The notes below the pieces were generated by a model. It was not told where the DNA came from, made no database searches, and worked only from the letters and a program-made list of their open reading frames with translations. The translations under genes and the position numbers were made by a program. From Octopus vulgaris (lineage: Eukaryota), in assembly GCA_951406725.2 (NCBI GenBank), contig OX597822.1, positions 34,720,001 through 34,784,000 of the forward strand: DNA of 64,000 nucleotides, written 5' to 3'. Positions 1 to 15,032 of the stretch are shown here, piece after piece. Each line of letters opens with the position of its first letter. Within the stretch, counting starts at the first letter, position 1.

Positions 1-150
1 AACACCCGAGGTCGACTTTGCCTTTCATCCTTCCGGGGTCGATAAATTAAGTACCGGTTACGCACTGGGGTCGATGTAATCGACTTAATCCGTTTGTCTG
101 TCCTTGTTTGTCTCCTCTGTGTTTAGCCCCTTGTGGGTAGTAAAGAAATA
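1..150 (+). mobile_element. tRNA-derived SINE family M, 3' part (5' part outside window)
   Basis: Matches the full copies at 3898, 10919 and 54023 (gaggtcgactttgcctttcatcc...gccccttgtgggtagtaaagaaata). Confidence 0.85.
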
Positions 151-589
151 TATACTTGTTCCACGTCCTCGCGTTATGGTTTTCTCTTTGTGTTTTCATG
201 TTTGGATTAACTTTATATATATACATTTATATATATATATATATATACATATATATACATATGTATGTATGTATGCATAAATTGTACTGAACAGCGTGTC
301 AGATTTTCAACCGATTAAACCAGTTATACAATGAATTATAAAATTAGAATGTGAAACACGGAGTATTCTACAGATAGTTGTAGTTTCAATATAATCCTGT
401 CATAACACGATCAGTCTTACACTGACTGTGACTAAGCTAAATTACAAATAATGCCAATCTCTTGGGCTTCCACACGGTTTCCGCTTATCGTATTTCACTT
501 GATCGATCAGAAAGTTTGAATCTATCCAACGGCATGATGCAATGTTGTTTAAAGTGCTGCGCAGTTTGACAAGACGCCAAATCTTATTA

Positions 590-985
590 TTACGAATGCA
601 GATTTCGTAACTCGTCAACCATGCCTACCTCGTGCGTATTAACAATCACGCGATGAAACACAATGGATATTGCAAGAGACTGACTATGAGAGCGATGACT
701 GTCATCGACACAGATCGAGAAAACAGGTTAAAGAGGAGTCAACAACTTTTACGAGAGCACATACTTGGCATGAAGAAGTTAAGCGTACTGCTCGAAAGCG
801 CACTGCCGGTGTAGTGAATGGGGAAAGCTTGGTTTGCAATGTTTGCAGTTGTATATGCTTGTCAAGAGCAAGGTTCATTAGCCAGTAACGGAGCCGCAAA
901 TGCAAAATATAAGTTAGTCCAAGTGCGCAAAATCTTCCTGAAGGTCAGCAATGGTCTTCCTCGATCAAGAGTTGACGGCCATCAT
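590..985 (+). pseudogene. Degenerate 3' end of an RTE-clade LINE (ORF C-terminus plus short 3' UTR)
   Basis: ORF 670..888 ends KRTARKR...LVCNVCSCICLSRARFISQ*RSRKC, resembling the RTE C-terminal CxxC...SxxGLxSHxR motif; in-frame stop. Confidence 0.7.
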
Positions 986-1011
986 ACACATATATATATA
1001 TATATATATAT

Positions 1012-1225
1012 AGTTAATCCAAACATGAAAACACAAAGAGAAAACACAACGCGAGGACGTGGAACAAATATAGTATTATTGGACGCTCAGGAAGGAAGGA
1101 AAGAAGGAAGGTTTAACGTTTCGAGCGGAGCTCTTCGTCAGAAACATAGGAAAAGGAAAGACCCAAAGAAGGGAAGACAGAGAAAAAAAATTCCCAACGG
1201 TACACACACGGTCACATTTTGAATG

Positions 1226-1226
<1 letters not shown>
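1012..1226 (-). mobile_element. Short HHR-bearing repeat, family A (PLE pLTR/retrozyme-like)
   Basis: Second copy at 46823-47030, inverted partial copy at 151-212; flanked by (TA)n. Confidence 0.75.
1111..1145 (-). ncRNA. Minimal type I hammerhead ribozyme (C3-G8)
   Basis: gttt-CTGACGA-A-GAGC(tcc)GCTC-GAA-ACGT-T-aaac: stem I gttt/aaac, stem II GAGC/GCTC, palindromic ACGT stem III. Confidence 0.75.
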
Positions 1227-1269
<43 letters not shown>

Positions 1270-1494
1270 GATAGTCAGTAAATCATAAATCCGAAAGAGC
1301 AGCACGGTCTAAGTTATAGAGCAATTAAATAGAGTAATTAGATAGACTTGTGGCCAGTCTACAACTTTACCCAGGGTTTCATGTCCATAAAACGCTTAGT
1401 TTTTGAGCGTTTCTTCAGACTCTAATGGCCGATGGCTTTTAGCCTCTCTTCAGTGAAGAGCGTCTAACTATCTATATCTAATACAAACACACAC

Positions 1495-1555
<61 letters not shown>

Positions 1556-2237
1556 GGTGTGTGTGTGTACGCGTTTTAGTCATTCATCTGTGGCCATGCT
1601 GTAGAAGTTCGTATTCTCTAAAACAGATCCATTAGACGAGCGGTTAGACAGAAGGACGTAAACAGACAAACACTGGTTGTGAGGTGGTGTGTGGACAGAT
1701 AATCACAAAGAAACGGAGACGCACACACACACACACACACACACTCGAACACACACGCACAGACACACAAACGCACTCACGCACACACACACACACCCAC
1801 GCCTCCACACACACACACACCCACGCCTCCACACACACCCACGCCTCCACACACATCCACGCCTCCACACACACAACATAATAATTTCGCAATTCTTATT
1901 TTCAGATTGGTGAATACCATTTCAATTTTTTTCAATAAAACTTTATTAAAGCGTACATTATCTCACATATTCCACAAATTTTTTTCACAGTAAACCATTC
2001 TGGGAGACACTGACCTGAGCATCTTGCCCCAAGGGAAACAATGCAAAAGCCCATACGGCGGCGGGTGTGGTGGTGTGGAGGACATCTGGTATTTTTGTTG
2101 TTGTTGTTGTTGTTTTCTTTCAAAAAGGGCAGATATGACAATATAATCTAGTATACACTAAAGCTGAAAAATAGATTGGTGCGTGACGTCTGAAATGAAG
2201 GTGGACATAGATTGCCGGAGCAAGGCTGATGTTCCGT

Positions 2238-2510
<273 letters not shown>

Positions 2511-2850
2511 GAACAGAAACCGTATGATTTGAATGTGAAGATGGCGCAAGAAGCGTATTTTCCGGTGTATAGTTCGAATTACCCGCAGTGAAATCGTGCG
2601 GTTGATGCATATCTACCACCGCTTCAGGCTGAAGAAACCGATGATAAGTAGCAGTCGAATAGCATCTCCATTTTCTCTAAAAAAGATGACCTAGCTTGAC
2701 TCTCACTGTCCCTTTGTATGCGTGGGTGGATATCTCCAAGTAAATGTGTCTTTGTATAGATAGTGTATTCACTTACTATCTCATGTGTGCATACACATAG
2801 AAGTACTTATACATACATACATGCATGCATGCATACATACATACATACAT

Positions 2851-2890
<40 letters not shown>

Positions 2891-3078
2891 ATGTACTTAT
2901 GTATATATAGAAACATGCACGCACATCCGCGCACGCGAGCACACACACACACACACACACAACAGAGAGAGTGGGGATATTGGCAGAATTTAACAAACCT
3001 ATATATATATATATACATGTGTTTGTTTTGTACACCGCCTGTCTTCGTCTTTTGTTTTTTTTTTTCGTAAACTCTCCC

Positions 3079-3147
<69 letters not shown>

Positions 3148-3220
3148 ACTTCGGTAAGACTTATATTGTGTAATATCGTTAAAGAAAGACTACAGGAAAA
3201 TTATCGCGAGGAGTAGAAAA

Positions 3221-3253
3221 TCCAACGTTTCGGACAGCGTTTTTCTTCAGAGA
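3221..3253 (-). ncRNA. Degenerate minimal hammerhead motif
   Basis: tct-CTGAAGA-aaaacgctgtcc-GAA-ACGT-T-gga; stem II largely decayed. Confidence 0.4.
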
Positions 3254-3897
3254 AAACATGGAGAGAAGTTATTGAAAAGCAGCAGAGTTTACAGAGACAA
3301 TGTAAAACTCTGCTGTCACTCATTTACTTCTCCCCTTTCAAAATTTCCCTTCTGAAGGTCAATGCAGGGAACGCTGGTTTTTGAACTCCTCACGTGAAGT
3401 TCACTGTTCTCTTTTCATCGAATTTACTGCACTATAATGAATCCTCAAATCTTTTCTTGGACAATGCGAATTCGTATAACCAGGCAGACATTTATAAACT
3501 GCAAGAAAATTTGCTTAGGTAGCAACATGATACTGTGAGGATTATGATGTGTATCGCAAGAATGGTATAAGTTTAAATCTGATCAAAATCGCTTTAATCT
3601 TGAACTGAAAGTTGCCCTGATCAAAAGACACGTTTGCTCGGAAAGTTTATTGTGAAATGCATCGATCAAAAGTGAAAGTGCGTTTCATGAAATTACAGTA
3701 GCTGAAGTTGGGGCTGAATAGGAATGGTATAGGAAAATATTATGCCTGTTGGCATCAAATCTTTTCTCTTTTCGAGTGAACAACAGAATATATAAGGCTT
3801 GCATATGAAGTGCGATTTTTCAAGTGAGCTAGATATGATTATTGAATGCGAAATATGTTCGATCCTAAGACGAACATACCTCGTTGGATAAGTACAG

Positions 3898-4127
3898 GGC
3901 GGTGACCTGGCAGAAGCGTTAGCGCGCCAGGCGAAATGCTTAGCGGTATTTCGTCTGTCGTTACGTTCTGAGTTCAAATTCCGCCGAGGTCGACTTTGCC
4001 TTTCATCCTTTCAGGGTCGATAAAAAAGTAACAATTTCGCACTGGGGTCGATATAATAGACTTAATCCCTTTGTCTGTCCTTGTTTGTCCCCTCTATGTT
4101 TAGCCCCTTGTGGGTAGTAAAGAAATA
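3898..4127 (+). mobile_element. tRNA-derived SINE family M, full length
   Basis: A-box-like TGGCAGAAGCG, B-box GAGTTCAAATTCC; multiple near-identical copies in the window. Confidence 0.88.
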
Positions 4128-4753
4128 TATATTTACAATCAGCGTGTTTGAATGACGGATCTGAGAAAGTGAATGTTCATTGGAAAATTCAGTTATAGTA
4201 TAGGTGACTGTGTTGGTATGGATATATGACGCATATGAAGGCCTACAGATGGATGAAAAAGGGCTAAACGGCCAAAGGGCTAGAAAGAGAAAAACAAAAG
4301 TGAAAGACTGGGGAAGAGGTGGAAAGATGTGGAGGTTCAATAAGGGAATGGCATGGAATGAAAGCAAACGGCATAATTCTGTGATAGAGTAGACCTGTCG
4401 GACAGGGTATTGCGTGGCAGTGCAGGGCTGATGAAGATGATAATTATGTTGTTGTTGTTGTTATTGTTGTTGTTGTTGTTGTTGTTGATGACGACGATGA
4501 TGATGATGACGACGACGACGATGATGATGACGATGACGATGATAATGATGAAGATGATGATGCTGATGCTGCTGATGCTGATGCAGATGATAATGATGAT
4601 GATGATGCTGATGATGATGGACGGTTATGGAGAAGATGAAACACATACAGACACAAATGCATATATATATATATATATATATGCATGCAACAAACACACA
4701 CGAGATTCAATCATAAACAAGATTTACCTGCATACTGATAGTTCAAATAAACG

Positions 4754-4806
<53 letters not shown>

Positions 4807-4859
4807 ATACATACCTGTATATATATGTATATATATCTATCTATCACGATATATATACA

Positions 4860-5258
4860 CTCTTTATTTGTTTCAGTCATTTGACTGTGGCCATGCTGGA
4901 GCACCGCCTTTTAGTCGAGCAAATCGATCCCAGGACTTATTCTTTGTAAGCCTAGTACTTATTCTATCGTCACCTTCGCCGAACCGCTAAGTTACGGGGA
5001 CGTAAACACACCACTATCGGTTGTCAAGCGATGTTGGGGAGACAAACACAGACACACAAATATATATACACACACATGCATATATACATATATACAATGG
5101 GCTTCTTTTAGTTTCCATCTACCAAATCCACTCACAAGGTTTTGGTCGGACCGAGTCTATAATAGAAGACACTTGCTCAAGGTGCCACGCAGTGGGACTG
5201 AACCCGGAACCATGTGGATCGTAAACAAGCTACTTACCACACAACCACTCCTACGCCT
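4860..5258 (-). mobile_element. tRNA-derived CORE-like SINE (family C)
   Basis: Minus strand: A-box GTGGTTGTGTGG, B-box GGTTCAGTCCC, CORE-like ccttgagcaagt, internal TA/TG tract, LINE-like tail ggcggtgctccagcatggcc; more than 10 copies in the window. Confidence 0.88.
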
Positions 5259-5419
5259 ATATGTATAATGAGTAAAGACCATGAATAACCATGGGATTGC
5301 ACATAGAGATTGTTTATGGAAGACCAGCAGTCGCCTATGCATACGAGCCCCCACTCTCTACGACACGGATTTCACCTATGGGAAAGGCAAATGCCGATAC
5401 AGCCTGGGACCAGTAACAT

Positions 5420-5569
5420 TGCAACTAATTTCTACAGCTGGGTGAACTGGAGCAACGTGAAAAATAAAGTGTCTTGCTCAAGAAAGCAACTCACAGCCCG
5501 GTCTGCAAATCGAATTCACTACCTCATGATTGTAAGCTCAACGCTCTAACCACTAAACCATGCGCCTTC
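5420..5569 (-). mobile_element. tRNA-derived SINE family T, 5' half
   Basis: Reverse complement matches 32264-32400 (gaaggcgcatgg..agtggttagagcg..cttgagcaag..cacgttgctccagttca). Confidence 0.75.
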
Positions 5570-6316
5570 GTGCACAAATCCAAACACACATACACATGCA
5601 CACACACACATATATACATGCATATACACTTATATATATATATACATATACATTATACACACACGCATACGCAAGCGCACACACACGCGCGCGCTCATAT
5701 CACGATCTGTTTTAAAATGTACCGGAATTTCAATGTTTGTAAATATGGATATATGCATATCAAAGGTGGATGGAGACACGAAATAAAGCATATGCATATA
5801 AAAAGTTATCAAACTTAGATAGCAATGTATACACGAACACAAACACCCACCCACACACACACACACAGACACACAAACACACACACACACACAAAACACA
5901 CGCACACACATACACACACACTCACATACAAACACACGTGTATGTATATCTATACATTTATACGTATACACACACACACACAGATGCACACACGCATGTG
6001 TGTGTGTATGTATGTATATATTTCGCTCTCTCTCTTTCACTCACACATACACACACAGATAAACACACACACACGCGCGCACACACACATATCCAAATAC
6101 AAATGCAAACAAAATGTAATAAGTCTGTTTCAGCATGAATTATTTTCAATAAATTTTAAAAATAGAAAGTTCAATAGAATATATTCATTCACTCATGTAA
6201 AAGACATTCACTGCGTGATGGACATGTACTGATAAAAAATACAAACTTTCATAGCTATATTCATTGATTGATTTCTATAAGATATACATAAAAAATCTAA
6301 ACGTACTTACATTCAT

Positions 6317-6356
<40 letters not shown>

Positions 6357-6443
6357 ACATATATATATGTCTTCATACATATATACAAACATGCACACAC
6401 ACACATAAAATGAAAACACACATAAATGTGTGTGTGTGTGTGT

Positions 6444-6618
<175 letters not shown>

Positions 6619-6837
6619 GTACTTTTCACGGGAAGTTTAACTGTACTCAAGTTATTGACTCTGCTACATATATGTACGTACGTACGCATGTATGTGTGTA
6701 TTTATGCGTGTATGTATGCATGTGTGTATGTATGTATTTATGTATGTATGTACATATGTATGTATATATGTATGTGTGTATATCTCTCTCTGTCTCTTTC
6801 TATCTATATATATATTTATACATACATACATACATAC

Positions 6838-6922
<85 letters not shown>

Positions 6923-7033
6923 GTTCCTGAGTAAGCACATAAATGTTAAACAAAGTGGAAAAACTGTCCGACGAACGTGAACGTGAAATTCTGAGTAACA
7001 GTTTTTGTTATATTTCTGCTGCTTTTCAATATA

Positions 7034-7092
<59 letters not shown>

Positions 7093-7117
7093 GAGATAGA
7101 TGGATAGATAGATACAC

Positions 7118-7163
<46 letters not shown>

Positions 7164-7168
7164 TGATT

Positions 7169-7282
<114 letters not shown>

Positions 7283-8208
7283 GAATGTATGATAGATGAA
7301 TCTATGATGAAGATAATTCAAAGAAGTTCAAATCTCGACCAGTATTTAAAATTTGCAATTAATATTCCGTATTAAAACAAACTTGGTCTGTCCTAGTTAT
7401 TTTTCCATAATTTTAAAATTTATAAACATTTTTTCTTGCCTTTCCCGTCAGATAACGAAACGACTTTTCAATGATCCAATAACGAAAGTGAAAGTAAAGA
7501 GTTTCCTTACTTTATCACTAATCCAAAGTGACATTAACTATATTAATGTTTATAGTTGATATATAGACACAAGGGGGAAAACAATATATAATAAATAGAA
7601 AAAAGATGAAAGGCGTACTTACTAACAATATTGTGTCACTCCACAGCGTAATTCTTAGTTTTTCTGTTTGTTTTTTGTCTTCTTTTTGTTTTTGTTTAGT
7701 CTTTTATCCGTTTAGTTCGCGCCTTTTTATATTTATGTTCGATTTTATATTTGCCATGTAGCTATATCTACGTGGAATGGTAAACGACTGCTGATATCTT
7801 TAATGAAACAGTGTAGTTCTACCACGGGAAATAAAGTTAATCATACTCAAAAACAAAAGAAAAAAAAACTAATAATAATAATAATAATATTCGAAATGTA
7901 AAATAAGAGGATACTGTATGTAAATTCCTTGAATATCGAAAATATGAGTGAGTTTGATTTTTTTCTTTACATATCGATTAATCATTTTTTTATTTTCATT
8001 TCCTTTTTTTTTCTTTTACGATCGTAGTCTTCGCGTTGTTTCTCTGTCATAGCTCTTAATGCCAGTTACCAAAAAAAAAGTAATATTCAAATAAATAAAT
8101 ATATAAATAACTATATAAAATAAGATGATAGGAGAAAGTCGTTGCAAAATTGGAATTAAAGAATTTTCTTATATTTTTGTTTGCTTTCTTCTCTTCTGTA
8201 CATTCTTC

Positions 8209-8294
<86 letters not shown>

Positions 8295-8986
8295 GTTTTC
8301 TTTTCAAAGGAAAGGTATGTAAACGAAATTCTTCCAAATTTATATAGCAGTCACTCTCTCCGATGACTACATTTTTTCTAAACATAACATAACATGACAC
8401 TTTGAGTCAACAATAAACGCCGCCACCGTCTCCAACGTAATCACAACAAACATCCCCCATTACGGCCGCTGCCGCCGCCGCCGCTAATAACTAACTAACT
8501 AACTAACTTACTAACGAAGCCGCACGACCACTGCAGCTGAACAACAAGCACATTACTTACATTCATTTATTTATTCATTCATACAAACATACATACTCGC
8601 ATACATATACACTCTGTAACATAGTCACGGAAGATCCCCACCAGACACGCGCGTATGTTATCACTCTTCCTATATCTCGTTCTCTCACTTTCTTATTCTC
8701 TCTCTCTCACTCCACTTCTCTCTCTCTCACTCCACTTCTCTCTCTCTCTCTCTCTCTCTCGTTCTCTCTTACTCCTTCTCAGTCGCGCATGCACGCAGGC
8801 GTACACATACACGCGCGGGTACGCACACGCACGGGTACATATACTGACAGACTCGCAGATTCGTTCACTCCACTCTCTCATAAACAGGAGCATGTGTCAA
8901 CATACGTTTAGATATCCTAATTGCTTAGCAGCTTTTGTTAGCATGAAGCCCTTCCGTCTTCCATACATTCATACAAACACATACGC

Positions 8987-9045
<59 letters not shown>

Positions 9046-9129
9046 CATATATATATATATATATGTATATATGTGTATATATATATATATATATGTATGT
9101 ATATGTGTATATATATATATATATGTATG

Positions 9130-9182
<53 letters not shown>

Positions 9183-9441
9183 ATGTGTATGTATGTATGA
9201 CGTGCCAACACTGGTTCACTGTGTTTGGGAAACTTCCTCCATCCCTTTTAAATCATAGACATACACTCTCAATGATCTAATTGTCCCATCATTTTTCTCT
9301 TCCCTTCAGACTTTAATTTACTGTCTTCTTTATAGATGTCTTTTATTTATTTATTTATCTATCTTTTTATTTATTTATATTCGTTTATTTTTCTTCATGT
9401 CATCCTCCAGCAACATGTGCGCGTCTGTTTGTGTGTAACTA

Positions 9442-9500
<59 letters not shown>

Positions 9501-9536
9501 GTGTGTGTGTGTGTATGTGTGTGTGTGTGTACATGC

Positions 9537-9608
<72 letters not shown>

Positions 9609-9778
9609 ATATATATATGTATGTATACGTGTACACATGCCTATAAATGTTAAGAGAGAAAAGGGGGAGTGTCGGTGTATATGTATACCGGCACGTTTTA
9701 TGTACGTGTATATTTGTGTGTGTGTGTGTGTGTGTGTGTGAATATATTTGCATATTTGTAATACATATGTATTACACG

Positions 9779-9852
<74 letters not shown>

Positions 9853-10781
9853 TATATACATATACATACTTGTATATGTATTTATCTATACGTACACACA
9901 CGCATATACATACACACACATATACACGCAGATACATTGTATGTCTATATGTATCACAATTTACGCGTTTCTGTTCTATATGTCTACATGTATGTGCATA
10001 CATACATACACAAATACATACATACATACCTACATACATACATGCATGCATGCATACATATATATATATACACAGTTAAATACATAGAATCCCTCCCACA
10101 CCACGCACTTGCATATCTACGCGTGCGCATTTTTTTACATTCTCCTCCCACTTCAACCATCTTAATCCGTTTCGCTGTTTTCCTCTTTATTTTCGTCTTC
10201 TTTTCGTCTCCCTTCTTTTCCTGCCCATTCTTTGTCAGTTTCTTTTTTCTTTCTCCTCTTCTACCTTCTTTCGCTTCTTCTTCTTCACCGCGACACCCGC
10301 CCCCTTCTCTTTCTTAACCTCCTCTCCCTCCGCCTTAGTTGGCGTTCACTTCTCCCCCGCTTACTCCTCAACTTCACTTTCCTCCCCCTCGACCTCCCTC
10401 TCCTCTTCTCACCGAGCCTTAAGCCGAACAGGCGACTACAATTCAACAAGTGCTGTGACAATCGATTCATTTTCTTCGTCTAAGATGTACACACAGACAC
10501 ACTGGCATATTCATGTGTAGAGGAGATTCTGTGACGAAACTGGAAAACTCATATGCACACACACACACACGCTCACATATGAAAGACGTAAGAGCATACG
10601 ACATACACGCTGACGATATACACATACATACATACATACATACATACACTCACTCACAGAGACAGAAGCAGACGATTATATACAAACACTAACATACATA
10701 GTTGCGCAGTGGTAAAACATATATACACAACACATATACAAATCCATCCAATAATACATGAGGTACACAGGTGCTCATAGA

Positions 10782-10910
<129 letters not shown>

Positions 10911-10918
10911 TACATAAA

Positions 10919-11142
10919 GGCGGCGAGCTGGCTGACACGTTAGCACGCCGGGCGAAATGCTTAGCGGTATTTCGTATGCCGTTACGTTCTGAGTTCAAAT
11001 TCCGCCGAGGTCGACTTTGCCTATCATACTTTCGGGGTCGATAAAATAAGTAACAGTTACGCACTGGGGTCGATATAATCGACTTAAACCCTTTGTCTGT
11101 CCTTGTTTGTCCCCTCTATGTTTAGCCCCTTGTGGATAATAA

Positions 11143-11144
<2 letters not shown>
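10919..11144 (+). mobile_element. SINE family M, full length
   Basis: Collinear with 3898-4127. Confidence 0.88.
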
Positions 11145-11177
<33 letters not shown>

Positions 11178-11882
11178 CTCTTACTCTTCACTCTCTTACT
11201 TGTTTCAGTCATTTGACTGCGGCCATGCTGGAGCACCACCTTTAGTCGAGCAAATCGACCCCCGGGACTTATTCTTTTTGTAAGCCCAGTACTTATTCTA
11301 TCGGTCTCTTTTTGCCGAACCGCTAAGTGACGGGGACGTAAACACACCAGCATCGGTTGTCAAGCAATGCTAGGGGAACAAACACAGACACACAAACACA
11401 CACACATATATATATATATATATACATATATACGGCAGGCTTCTTTCAGTTTCCGTCTACCAAATCCACTCACAAGGCATTGGTCGGCCCGGGGCTATAG
11501 CAGAAGACACTTGGGGGCAGGAGTGGCTTGTGGTACGTAGCTTGCTTACAAACCACATGGTTCTAGGTTCGGTCACACTGCGTGGCACTTTGGGCGAGCC
11601 TTGTGAGGAGTAGATTTGGTAGACGGAAACTGAAAGAAACCCGTCGTATATACATATATATGTGTGTGTGTTCTTGCATTGTTGTATTTGTTTTAGTCAT
11701 TTCATTGCGACCACACTGGAGCACCATCTTAGTGGGTTTAGTCGAACGTATCGACCACACTACTTATTCGTTACAGGCCTAGTACTTATCTTACCGGTGG
11801 TTTTTTGCTAAGTTACAGGGACATAAACGCACAAACATCGGTTGTCAATCGATGATGGGGCGACAAACAGACACAAACACAC
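11178..11882. mobile_element. Cluster of family C SINE pieces (minus 11178-11512, plus 11514-11650, minus 11690-11882)
   Basis: Each piece aligns to 4860-5258 or 25655-26070. Confidence 0.82.
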
Positions 11883-12115
11883 AAATGTATACATATGTCC
11901 TTGGGTGGAATTTATAAACTTTCTCTTCTGATCACAGTCCGTATTCCTGGGATGATTACAGTGTAGTTTGTAGTTTCTGTGGGCATCGGGTTGATCATAT
12001 TCATGGATTCATTTCTTCAGGCGATATAACATTCATTGACGTTCAACATAGAGATGCTTATGCTTTTTGAACTCTATGAAATTTGACTGAATTATATATA
12101 TGTGTGTGTGTGTGT

Positions 12116-12184
<69 letters not shown>

Positions 12185-12291
12185 TACATACATACATATA
12201 GAAGACTTCACAAAAAAAAAACAAAAATCGAAGAAAGGTAGTGTAGACAACAAACAGATGTATTAGTATAACGCTAGCGAAGTGAAAAGCT

Positions 12292-12327
12292 CTTTAACGT
12301 TTCGAGCCTACTCTCTTCCACAGGAAG
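12292..12327 (-). ncRNA. Hammerhead-like motif, family B (A6 replaced by U)
   Basis: cttc-CTGTGGA-A-GAG(agtagg)CTC-GAA-ACGT-T-aaag, inside a repeat at about 12205-12375 homologous to 35532-35722. Confidence 0.5.
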
Positions 12328-12685
12328 AAACAAGGAGAGAAAATAAAGACTGTGTAATGGCTAGCGATCTATCATGTATATATCTGTTTGCATCTGTGTG
12401 TGCTTGCATGTATACATCCACAAAGACATGCTTCCATACACACATACACAAACTCGTCCCCGCGACATCAGTGGATAATTTAATTACAACTACAAGCCAT
12501 GTGACGGGCTTTCATACAGTTTCCGTCATATCAATTTTGTTCTCATATAGCGCTTGACCCAAGGTGACAGAAAGTGTCAAACCCCTAACACACATATATA
12601 AGATATGCATATATACTCATAAGCGCCGGAAAATCATGCGTAAATACACCCGCATTAATAGTATGGCATACAAAAACACACGCGT

Positions 12686-12721
<36 letters not shown>

Positions 12722-12726
<5 letters not shown>

Positions 12727-14351
12727 GCAGCCAAAATGTTCAGAACGGCATTGTTTTCGTCAGCAAAGTAGGTATACGTTTTTATAAAAATTGTTTTATA
12801 TTCTATAATTTTCACAGACAATAAATACGATATTAATTGTTAATGTCTGAGATTTCGGTGTAATTTGACAGGATAATACAAAAGTTATGGATGATTTAGT
12901 GATTTACTGCAAAACCCATGGCGGCCAAAATAATCAGAATGGTTGAAAAAATAACAAAATAATCAAAAATGACAGAGAATGCTGGAATTATTTAATATTT
13001 AGTGTGAAACCCTTTAGCTTCAATCACACTTTGACATCTTCGACTGCATGAGGAAATTAAATTTTCAATTTCTTGCTGGGTGATCTTATTCCATTCTTCC
13101 TGAAGGGCATTTCATAATTGCTCGGTTGTTTTAGGATTTCTGGCTTTCGAACGTTCGCCTAGAATGTTCCACACATTTTCAATAGGATTGAGATCTGGCC
13201 TTTGAGCAGACCAATCCATAACAATAACCTTTTCAGCCTTGAGTAAGTTCATGACCACCTTAGCCTTGTGACATGGAGCATTGTCCTGCATGAATATGGA
13301 TGGTCGCTTAGTTGAATTTCTCAGCACAGGCAAGACATGATCTTTTACAAGTTGTTTATAAACTCCTGCATTTACCTTTCCATGTAATCGCACCAAAGGG
13401 TCCACACCATCTCCAGATATCATCCCCCAAACCATGACACTTCCTCCACCGAATTTAACACTAATCTTAAAGCATTTAGGCGACAATTTTTCACCTACTT
13501 TTCTACGAACGTACCTTTTCCCATCTGAGCCAAATAACATAAACTTAGATTCATCACTGAAATGCACAGTTTGCCATTTTTCTTGAGAACACAACAGATG
13601 TTCGGTTGCAAAGGTAAGACGACACTTTTTATTCTTGGAGCTGATCAGTGGCTTCACTGCAGGTGCTCTTGCTTGTAAGTCATGTTTAATTAAACGACGA
13701 GACACAGTTTTTCGAGATAAGGTTTTCTTCAGTACAATGCTCATATCCCGAGAAACAGCAGCAGCAGTTTTAAATCTGTCCTTTTTAACCAACTTTACCA
13801 TAGCACGATCTTCTCTCTTGGTCATTTTTCTTAGCCTACCTGTAGACTTTCTTGCTTCACACGAACCACAATCATCGTAGACCTTAAGAATACCGTGAAC
13901 AACACTTTTTGACTTGTTAACAATATTTGCAATAGACCCAATACTAAAATTATCCTTCTTTCGAAGCTTAATAATCTGCTGACGAATTGGTAACGGAGTA
14001 AGTGGCATTATATTAACAAAGTACACTGTAGATATTTTTTACTAATGTTTAGGAAACGAACCGTCACGTAAACAAATTCAAAACATTAGAGTTCGCCGGT
14101 TAAATATATTAAAACACGGAGTAAAAGCAACCGTTCTGATTATTTTGGCCGCCATGGGTTTTACAGTAAATCACTAAACCATCCATAACTTTTGTATTAT
14201 CCACTCAAATTACATCAAAATCTCAGACAATAACAATTAATATTGTATTTATTGTCTGTTAAAATTTTAGAATATAAAACAACTTTGATAAAAACTTATA
14301 CCTACTTTTCTAACGAAAACAATGTCGTTCTGAACATTTTGGCCGCAACTG
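12722..14351 (-). mobile_element. Tc1-family DNA transposon with 224-bp IR/DR terminal inverted repeats
   Basis: TIRs 12722-12945 and 14128-14351, each with two direct repeats (gc(a/g)gccaaaat..tcagaa(c/t)gg); inserted in (TA)n. Confidence 0.95.
12992..14008 (-). pseudogene. Tc1 transposase (DD34E), 338 codons, one premature stop
   Basis: HFSDESKF, VKFGGGSVMVWG, QDNAPCH-34 aa-PDLNPIENVW; TGA at 13112-13114, then the frame continues to ...EAKGFHTKY*. Confidence 0.93.
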
Positions 14352-14425
<74 letters not shown>

Positions 14426-14444
14426 TCATATTCATTATTTTTTA

Positions 14445-14640
14445 TTCTCTTATTTGTTTCAGTCATTTGACTGCAGCCATGCTTCAATACTGTCTTTAGT
14501 CGATGAAATCGACCCCAGGACATATTCTTTGTAAGCCTAGTACTTATATCGGTATCTTTTGCAGAACCGCTAAGTTATGAGGACGTAAACAAACAAACAT
14601 CGGTTGTCAAGCGCTGGTGGGGGACAAACACAGACACACA

Positions 14641-14642
<2 letters not shown>
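14445..14642 (-). mobile_element. Family C SINE, 3' half
   Basis: Aligns to 4860-5060. Confidence 0.8.
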
Positions 14643-14695
<53 letters not shown>

Positions 14696-14797
14696 AGATA
14701 GATAGATGGATAGATTGATAGGTATATATATATATATATATATATAAACAAACAAACATCGGTTGTCAAGCGCTGGTGGGGGACAAACACAGACACA

Positions 14798-14828
<31 letters not shown>

Positions 14829-14855
14829 AAGAGATAGATAGATGGATAGATTGAT

Positions 14856-14891
<36 letters not shown>

Positions 14892-15032
14892 ATCAATCTA
14901 TCCATCTATCTATCTCTTTTATATATATATATATATATATATATGTGTAGGTCCCGGGTTGATTCGGGGTTAACCACAGTAAGTAAGGTACTCAATACAT
15001 AGCAGAGTAAAATTAATTTATTATATAGAAGG

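Noticed and set aside
1360-1460. Minus-strand CTGAAGA...GAAACCCTGGGTA hammerhead-like words
   Set aside because: Stem III fits, but no stem I can be formed with either CTGAAGA; not counted.
8400-8940. CpG-enriched stretch with (GCC)n, possible promoter or 5' UTR
   Set aside because: No core promoter motif or downstream exon can be supported from sequence alone.
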